Assembly: GCA_015680685.1 (NCBI GenBank)
Contig: MNCI01002011.1
Location: 251,066 to 315,065, forward strand
Length of the DNA: 64,000 nucleotides
Source: Gnetum montanum
Taxonomy: Eukaryota > Plantae > Gnetophyta
Direction of reading: 5' to 3'
Of the stretch, positions 55,642-64,000 are shown piece after piece (the first letter of the stretch is position 1; each line of letters opens with the position of its first letter). The notes under the pieces are model-generated. The model did no database searches and was not told the origin of the DNA. It saw only the letters and a program-made list of their open reading frames with translations. A program made the translations under genes and the position numbers.

Positions 55642-57003
55642 NNNNNNNNNNNNNNNNNNNNNNNNNNNNNNNNNNNNNNNNNNNNNNNNNNNNNNNNNNN
55701 NNNNNNNNNNNNNNNNNNNNNNNNNNNNNNNNNNNNNNNNNNNNNNNNNNNNNNNNNNNNNNNNNNNNNNNNNNNNNNNNNNNNNNNNNNNNNNNNNNNN
55801 NNNNNNNNNNNNNNNNNNNNNNNNNNNNNNNNNNNNNNNNNNNNNNNNNNNNNNNNNNNNNNNNNNNNNNNNNNNNNNNNNNNNNNNNNNNNNNNNNNNN
55901 NNNNNNNNNNNNNNNNNNNNNNNNNNNNNNNNNNNNNNNNNNNNNNNNNNNNNNNNNNNNNNNNNNNNNNNNNNNNNNNNNNNNNNNNNNNNNNNNNNNN
56001 NNNNNNNNNNNNNNNNNNNNNNNNNNNNNNNNNNNNNNNNNNNNNNNNNNNNNNNNNNNNNNNNNNNNNNNNNNNNNNNNNNNNNNNNNNNNNNNNNNNN
56101 NNNNNNNNNNNNNNNNNNNNNNNNNNNNNNNNNNNNNNNNNNNNNNNNNNNNNNNNNNNNNNNNNNNNNNNNNNNNNNNNNNNNNNNNNNNNNNNNNNNN
56201 NNNNNNNNNNNNNNNNNNNNNNNNNAAAACAAAAAATGAAATGCATAACTCACAGGACCATGAAAAAGAGGTTGCAATGTTTATTCTAGCAAGTCATCTT
56301 GCAAGCAATCATTCACAATTTCTTTACAAAGCTCTTNNNNNNNNNNNNNNNNNNNNNNNNNNNNNNNNNNNNNNNNNNNNNNNNNNNNNNNNNNNNNNNN
56401 NNNNNNNNNNNNNNNNNNNNNNNNNNNNNNNNNNNNNNNNNNNNNNNNNNNNNNNNNNNNNNNNNNNNNNNNNNNNNNNNNNNNNNNNNNNNNNNNNNNN
56501 NNNNNNNNNNNNNNNNNNNNNNNNNNNNNNNNNNNNNNNNNNNNNNNNNNNNNNNNNNNNNNNNNNNNNNNNNNNNNNNNNNNNNNNNNNNNNNNNNNNN
56601 NNNNNNNNNNNNNNNNNNNNNNNNNNNNNNNNNNNNNNNNNNNNNNNNNNNNNNNNNNNNNNNNNNNNNNNNNNNNNNNNNNNNNNNNNNNNNNNNNNNN
56701 NNNNNNNNNNNNNNNNNNNNNNNNNNNNNNNNNNNNNNNNNNNNNNNNNNNNNNNNNNNNNNNNNNNNNNNNNNNNNNNNNNNNNNNNNNNNNNNNNNNN
56801 NNNNNNNNNNNNNNNNNNNNNNNNNNNNNNNNNNNNNNNNNNNNNNNNNNNNNNNNNNNNNNNNNNNNNNNNNNNNNNNNNNNNNNNNNNNNNNNNNNNN
56901 NNNNNNNNNNNNNNNNNNNNNNNNNNNNNNNNNNNNNNNNNNNNNNNNNNNNNNNNNNNNNNNNNNNNNNNNNNNNNNNNNNNNNNNNNNNNNNNNNNNN
57001 NNN
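55642..57003. other. Assembly gaps (N runs 55642-56225 and 56336-57003)
   Basis: Runs of n in the sequence. Confidence 1.
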
Positions 57004-57458
57004 ATTTCCTTTTCTCTCCTTGAAGCCCTTTTATAGGGTTCAAAGGTAGGTAGGGAAGTTACAATTTCAAAAAAAATCTCAAAATATCTCACCTAACTTT
57101 TCTCCCAAGTAACTTGACTAACCAATTAGAAGATTACTTGCCCAACAAGCTAGGAGAAAGTTATGTAGTTAGGGAGTTAGGAAGTTATGCATAAAATTAG
57201 GAGAATTTTATGCTAACATTAATGTAATGTGACATTAAATGTAATGGGATAATCAATATTGCAAAAACATTTTTATGGGTAGTAACCAATATTGCAAAAA
57301 CATTAAATGTAATGGGATAATCAATATTGCATATTTCCAATGAAAATTTGAAACTTTGCAACTTAATAAACCATTTTCCTCTTTTCAATCCAATCTCATT
57401 TTAGGATAGGAATTGCTTGATTGCAGGTCAATTAGCATAATATGGACTAATGAACTCT

Positions 57459-58230
57459 TCAAATAATATTTAAATGGTAAAGTGCTTTGATGACTGCGAA
57501 ATCTTGTTTCTCTAAGTCTGAATAATTTAACTCTGAACCTTTCAACTGATTCCCAAAGAATCCAATTGGTTCATCTTGACCTTCATTATCCTTTTGTGTC
57601 AGAACGGTAGCGATAGAATCATTTGAAGCAAAAGAGTATAACCAAAAACCTTTTTTAAGTCTAGGCTTTACCAAATATGGAGCTTCTTGTATAGCCTTTT
57701 TAATTTCTGATAAAGCTCTCTCTGATTCTGGTGTTTTCTTGACTTGGACATCCTTTTTTAGCATATGCATCAAAGGTTTGGTAATTTCAGTAAACCCAGG
57801 GATGAACTTTTTCACAAAGTTTATTTTCCCAAAGAAAGATCTAAGAGATTTCTTACTTGNATCTTCTTTCTTCTTTGAGAATATCGTAATATTGTCCAAA
57901 TAAACCATCACAAATTTTCCTAATAAATCCTTAAATGCTAAATCCATTGCTCTTTGAAAAGTAGCTCCAGCATTTGACAATCCGAATGGCATTCTTTGGT
58001 AGGAAAAAGTTCCCCATTTAGTGATAAATGATGTTTTGTATCTATCATTCTTATCTACGATGATTTGATTATAACCTGAGAAACCGTCTAAGAAAGAATA
58101 TGCTTGACAACCTGAGACTTTAATCAACATCTCATCAATTCTTGGAAGTGGATACTTATCCTTTTTTGAAGCATCATTCAGATTTCTAAAGTCTACACAA
58201 AGTCTTATATCACCATTTTTCTCCTTTTCA
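57459..58230 (-). pseudogene. pol: Isolated Gypsy (Tat-like) RT/RH fragment from a different family; probably gap-fill sequence
   Basis: GDIRLCVDFRNLN..YSFLDGFSGYNQI..MPFGLSNAGATFQRAM..VYLDNI. A single n at 57860 marks a jump within RT. Confidence 0.8.
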
Positions 58231-58234
58231 ACAC

Positions 58235-60849
58235 TTGCTGCAACTTTCTCCTTTTCTATGGATGTCCATCTCGATGGTCCTAGAAAAAAGGTGGCAGTGG
58301 TAGTCTCACCCACGGAAAAGGTCATTTCCCTTTTAGGGGATTCACTGACTATCACCTATTTCATAAACCTGTCGTAAGCCCTAGAAGTGCCAATAATGTC
58401 AAGGAATACCTTGTAAGTATGTAACTTGACAGAGGCATCCTGATATTTTTTATGGTAGGTGGCACGTTCTAGTTTATACATGTGTTTGTGATTTTTCTGT
58501 GCCTGCCCCCACTCGTAAACTTTTGCACTGTAGTCCTTCTAGTCTTAGTTCTTTTGGGCTAGCAGGTCCATTTGCATGCGTTGTTCTATTATTTCATGAG
58601 TCGCCTCATTGTTGCATCGCACGACCATCTAATACCTTGCATAGTCAATGACAGCCGTGCACCAACTACCATCGTTAGTGTCTTGGGCCAACAAGAATTT
58701 GTTCCTAGATTAGAGATCTCCCACCTCGGTGGTCAGATTGGCTTTCTCCCTCTCAAGCCTCTGTACCCCTTTCCAGAGGTCTTCATTCACATTCCTACAT
58801 TCCCATAAGGAGTGTGCCGAGTATAGCGCACATTAACTTGCTTCGTCGTATATGCAACAAGGTACTTCGTCACCTCCGGTGGAAATTCAGGCATGGTGTC
58901 AACCTCAATCACTTGCTTAGGGTCCCACTTAAGGCGAGAGGCTACCAACCGCACATAGAAAGGCATTAGTCACAATGGCATAGTGAAGCAACAACAATTT
59001 AGAGAGTCTAGCATAGCAACTTTAACTTACCCACTTCTGGGTCGATCTGCTTCAGACAATTGATCTTGTCATCGACCACCCCCTGCATGAAAGTAAATTT
59101 GTCAGGGGTCTCGGTCCACGGTTGCAGGTAGATCAAGGAAGGGCCAGAGGTACCAACAGTGGTGTCTACTACATAATAAAACGTGTTAGCCACAGTGGAG
59201 GAGAACCACAATAAAGTTGATGAATAATATAAATGGCAATGTAAAGCTCCCACCTAGCAAACCCTTAGGGGTGATAACAGGGGGGGTCACCCATTGGCAC
59301 ACTGTCAAATATGTGGTCAAACTCACTAGCATCAAAAGGAGCCCCTCTCCTTCCAGCTAACCCAACAACATAGCAGCATCCTCAATACTCATGTGCCCCT
59401 CCAGTACTGAACAACTCTACCCAAAAGGGTCATCAGCAGGGGCCTCTTCTTGATTGCTAGGAGCCTCTTCCTCATTGGCTAGGCCCCTTTCTTCATCGGC
59501 AAGGGCCTCCTCTTCATCAGCAGGGACCTCTTCCTCACCAACTGAGGTCCTTTCTTCTGCAGTAGGGGTCCCTTCTTCTTTGGTCAAGGCCCCCTCCTCT
59601 ATGGCTGGAGCCTCTTCGTTTTCACCAATCGCCCCTATTGTAGGGATCACCACCTCTTCTTCCCCTTCTTCCTCTCCTTCCTCTACTAATAAAACATGGT
59701 TACACTAGGCAAGATATGCTAACTTAGAAAAAAAGCTACTCTATGTAACACCATCTAGCATAGCACAGTGTAGTAAGCATTAGCCAAAAAAAACTTACCA
59801 ATCGAAGGCTGCACTCTGCAAAGTTTGAGCCACAACTTCTTCCCTCTTTCCTCATTTGTGCAGGGAAGTTCCTCAGCCAGAAGAAATCTCTTACGTTGCA
59901 ACTTAGTTGTCACCATCTCTGCAATGAGGCATTCCCCCCTTGTCACACTGCTGGTGCTAATGGGAGGTGCCTCACCCATGCTATCCTGGGCACAAAAGTT
60001 GCATGCCACCTGATCCCTGGTCGTCATTGAAAATGATTCCCCAATAGCTTCTGGGGGGTCCTGAGATTGGGTGGTACAGAAGACTTGGAAGATCCATGGT
60101 TTGGAAATCTAGCTACAATCTTGTAGTACCTAGACCCCATTCTCACGGAGTACCAAGAATTCCACAAAATGCCGCAAGAAGGCTATGAAAAAGGCATGGT
60201 GCATGTTCAAGCGGGACTCAAGCTTCCCGCGGAGCTTGACCATTTCAACCTGCAAGCCTCTGCAAAGGTGTTTGGCCCAATTGTAACAAGTCCCCTCTTT
60301 CATGACATCCTTCATTATCCAAGTCTACTCAATTCCAAGGATTTTTTCTTGGGAGAGTAGCTTGGGGAAAGCACAGGTACGGTAGACAGGTTAAAGCGTT
60401 TTGGCCACCCATAGCCTGACCTTCTCAATATAGATCCCCTTTTAGTCCTTTACCACCCCTAGCCACTCCTCAATGTCCCCTTGATGGTTTGCATCTTTCT
60501 TAGATTTTTTTTCTATGGGGAGACCATCAGAAGGGACACCGAAAAGATCTGCAAATAATTGATTGTTAATTTCAAACACCACTCACACACCGTGAACACG
60601 TGTGTGGAAGCGGTCCACTTTCTCAGAGAAGGAGTCAGCTAGGAAAAGCATTTTGGCAAGTGGGACGTTTGGGTTGATGGCCAAAAATAAGTCCATGAGC
60701 CCAACCTCTTGAAGGTTATGGACAAGTGTGGTTAGGGCCCCATTGCAAAGCCAACACTAGGTCTCCTCCACCTCCCCGTACTTGAAAAAGAGGTTGGTTT
60801 CATTGCGCCCAGAGGTGATCACAGTCACCTCTTGGGATTTCCTCACCAT
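58235..60849 (-). pseudogene. Antisense accessory gene of the Tat element: plant-mobile-domain-like N-terminus, acidic repeats, coiled coil; two spliceosomal introns
   Basis: ATG at 60849, then FEINNQLFADLFGVPSDGLPI and CYNWAKHLCRGL. The track ORFs starting at 60315 and 60027 are in the same frame. GT-AG introns at 59798-59683 and 59030-58942 preserve the frame. EEAPAxEE repeats. Confidence 0.7.
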
Positions 60850-62849
60850 TGAAATAGTTTACAAAATAATAGAAAAAAATTTAGTAAAAAAAATGAACAC
60901 CACTCGAACATGTAATAGTGAATTCACAGTTTAGCGTACCAAGTTTAAATGGCATGGGAAATGGTGGGAGATCCACCAACACATCTTCAACGGTGAGCAG
61001 CCTAAGGGATGCCCACTCCCTATCCAACTAACTAGCTTCTTTACACTTCCCATAAAATTAAGAATACTGGCTCGGATAAATTTTGAACTCATCCCCAAAT
61101 TGTCCTATTATGCCAGCGCACACATTCCCAGTAGAGGAAAACTCTCGTAGGGCCATCTGTGCCAATGCCAAGGCATCTGTATCACCGTGGAGACCACTCC
61201 TGTCAATAAAAAAACCTAGCAACACACAAAATATATATATACACACTATAATAACTGTGTCTAGTGTAGCATGGATTACACAACGTAATAAAATACCTTC
61301 ATAGAACTCATCCGCTAGCATAATAAACGATTCCAGGTGGGTTATGAAAGTAGTTGCCCATATGATGGGCAATGAATAATGTGTTGTATAAGTGATAGCA
61401 CTTATACTCAGGCATCTTCCAGATCCAACTTAAGCATCTCAAGACTTTTGGGCACTGATTGGAATCTTCTACCCAATCACCCCAGATTGACCCATCAGTT
61501 AAAAATTTCAGAATGCCCCGATTTGCCCCGAGCAATAGGGTTTCTATAATTACGGCTACTATCTCCACTAATAAGTGTGACCAAAAAATCACACTAAAAT
61601 GGCAGAGGAGGAACTGTAGGAAGTCCCGTGTGCCCTCCCGGAACCAGACCGCCTACCATCCCACACGTGCATGGGGAGGAGGGACATTGGCCACCAGTTC
61701 CCTAAGGCAACACCTGACTCCCACAATCTCTAGGATAATCAAAATGAGGTTTAACATGACCTTGCACAATGAAGCATCAAGCGTTAGCACTGTGTACGAG
61801 TGAAGTTTACACGTAGCATAGTGTAACCCTCTAATGACATATAGCGTAGCATGACATTTTCTTTGCATATAGCATAGCATGATCTCCCAGTCGTAAATCT
61901 CTCTCTAAAAAATAGAATAAAAATCATAAGTGACATAGTAACATGATACTTGCAGCGTAGCATAATCATCAAGCCTCGTGCAATGCAACAACACTTAGAT
62001 GTAAACGCATGACACGTGACATAGCAAATGAACAAGAACAGATAGATGTACAACAATATAACAATGAAATCAACATATTACTATGACAGGCATGGCAACT
62101 TAGCAAACTTAACATAAACAAATTCAGCAACGTAGCGGTGTTGCAGATTCAACAGCATAGCAATGCGACAAACTTGAAGACGTTACGACATATTGGCATA
62201 GCGTAATAAAATCATCGCAAAGTTTAGACAAAAAAGAATTCACTGTGCTACAGCTGTCTCAACCATACTTCTACCATACAAAATAACTCACGCTACACAT
62301 GTCACGCTCTCAAATCTCGTAGATGGCCAAACCCTCTTGAGGGCAGCACACTACGCTAACCATGCGCTAAGCTATTCAGAATCACCCAAACCCCAGCGAC
62401 AAGGCAATCACAATAATGGTGGTCAAGGTAATACCAGATGTAGCTGTAGTGTAACATCCATACAGCCGTTGTGGCCAACCAATAACAGCGGCAGCGTAGC
62501 AGCCAAAACAACAACCAAAATAATGGCAAAAGACGCAGATTTCATCACAATAATGATTACTGTAGTCTAAAAAATAGGGGCGGTGTAGCAACTTACTGAG
62601 CATACGGAGCCTCCTCCCACACTTCAACATGTGCCTTGGACAAGCACCCCAAAGTGTCCTTTACCTCGTCCACCTTAGCAAGTCCTCGGTGCTTGCTTTG
62701 GCCTTTGGGTGTCATTTTCTCACTCACAAATTCTCTATCAACTGCTATGCTACACTACTTCACTTTCTCTCGGCGCAACCACAGTACGCTCTGGATGTGG
62801 GCTCTACGCTCTGACAATGAAAACGACAAGTTTACTAGGGGTAAACCCC

Positions 62850-62858
62850 TATTTATAG
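62850..62858 (-). promoter_or_regulatory. Candidate TATA box for the antisense gene
   Basis: CTATAAATA on the - strand, with a TGGGCCC site at ~62978 upstream and LTR-type AGC(G/A)TAGC motifs nearby. Confidence 0.45.
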
Positions 62859-63044
62859 CTAACGCGGTGAAAAGAACTTGTCATTTTCACACCCCGAGTA
62901 ATGTGGGATGTATGGTATAGTGTAGCACTATTGTGTCATAATCCTACTATAGCATAGCATCATTGTTTGCAAACAAGTGGGCCCAACTAAAAATTTTGTC
63001 CCACCTTGAATTAGCAACCTACCTTTACAAAGCCTACTGCCATG

Positions 63045-63245
63045 GTCCACAAAGATCTTAAACTAGTGACCTTAGTTCTCGAACTCCACCTGTTAACAAT
63101 CTACTAAGACCTTCAACTAGCAACCTTTATTTACATTCTGATGTACACTGTAGCATGAGTACAGTCCACCACTATCTTAAACTGGCAAAGTTAATGTCCC
63201 TTGCATGTTCCAACCCATTCACGGTCTGCCAAGACCTTAAACTAG
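63045..63245 (+). repeat. Second array of Box-1/coremin-like motifs (4 clear or degenerate copies)
   Basis: GTCCACAAAGATCTTAAACTAG (63045), ATCTACTAAGACCTTCAACTAG (63099), GTCCACCACTATCTTAAACTGG (63164), GTCTGCCAAGACCTTAAACTAG (63224). Confidence 0.7.
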
Positions 63246-63334
63246 TAACTTGCGAACTTGGCCGAATAGTTGACAATTATTTCATGCTTCATTATTACTT
63301 TGCAAATGTTATTACGTGCTATTGCTACAAATAG

Positions 63335-64000
63335 GTATCACTTGACCTAGCTTTTTCTTATTGTGGCAAGTTGAACAAAATGGCCATGCAACGTGATCTA
63401 CATTCACTTTTAACCTTGACAAGTCCTCATGGCAAGCTTGCAAGACATCTAAACTTAGAGTCAATAGACTGGGAATCATCCACTTATAACATTGTAGCGT
63501 CCCTGAAAACATCCCTAGATTGGCCCAAACATTTGATCCAAGCCCTAGACTTAGAGGTTGGGGATGTGACTGAGGACCCCCTCATCGAAGCACCTATAAC
63601 GACATCCAGGGGGAAAATAAGGACACGAAAACTTAGCTCCCTCCTAGATCAACAAATACAAAAGGATGTATCTAAAGTCCTTCAAGACAACGTCAAAGTG
63701 TTCGCGTGGTCCTATAATGACATGCCGGGCTTAGACCCATGGCTAATACAACATAACATTATCTTGGACCCACGTATCAAGGTAGTCAAAAAAAGGCTCA
63801 CCAAAAATCGCACTAGCTGTACATGATGAAATTACCAAGCTATATCAAGAAGGCTTCATCTGCATGATCGATTACTCGAAGTTGGTATCGAACATCGTTG
63901 TAGTCTCTAAGAAAATAGGAAGAATACAAATTTTTATAGACTTTCAGGATCTAAAGAAAGCAACGACTAAAGATGATTTCCCACTACCAAGTATTGATCA
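63335..64000 (+). pseudogene. pol: Start of Tat pol (pre-RT linker plus RT N-terminus), runs off the window end
   Basis: EDPLIEAPI..VFAWSYNDMPGLDPWLIQHNIILDP..IDFQDL..KDDFPLPSID, homologous to positions 3-570. Confidence 0.9.

Noticed and set aside
55545-57092. Long ORFs (214-492 aa) in the ORF track
   Set aside because: They are artefacts of translating N runs.
57215-57332. Short ~34-bp tandem duplications (also 20421-20503 and 35080-35125)
   Set aside because: They are ordinary slippage duplications with no conserved structural motif.
57459-58355. 298-aa ORF as a novel RT fusion protein
   Set aside because: It joins the antisense-gene tail to an unrelated RT fragment at a microhomology next to gaps, so it is probably an assembly chimera.

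Overview
This 64-kb window is eukaryotic plant DNA, AT-rich and CpG-depleted, made almost entirely of nested, decayed retrotransposons. I found no host gene, RNA gene or CRISPR array. Left to right: (1) 3' part of a Ty3/Gypsy Tat element (pol RT-RH-aRH-INT, 3'UTR, 3' LTR 4830-6043), inserted in (2) Athila-like element A (- strand, 6044-21032). A also carries (3) a complete pol-less Athila-like element B (7626-16740, TSD GCATT; gag plus env-like ORF) and is itself inserted in (4) an Ale-like Copia remnant. Then (5) a very old LINE remnant, (6) a truncated SIRE 3' end, and (7) a gag-only SIRE-like element (30539-41146) whose 3' LTR holds a Tat solo LTR (TSD CTACA) and a non-coding Tat-type mini-element (TSD GGATT). 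Then (8) Athila-like D (-), (9) Athila-like E (+), and (10) a second Tat element: LTR, gag, assembly gaps, an intron-containing antisense PMD-like gene, and the start of pol. The best candidate novelty is a pair of tandem arrays of the motif GTC-N6-10-GAC-NNN-AAACT in the Tat elements: 11 copies right after the pol stop at 3396-3762 and 4-5 copies just upstream of the second pol at 63045-63245. The motif closely resembles the Box-1/coremin exoribonuclease-resistant RNA of plant viruses (GUCCGAAGACGUUAAACUAC). All calls were made by eye; no searches were run.
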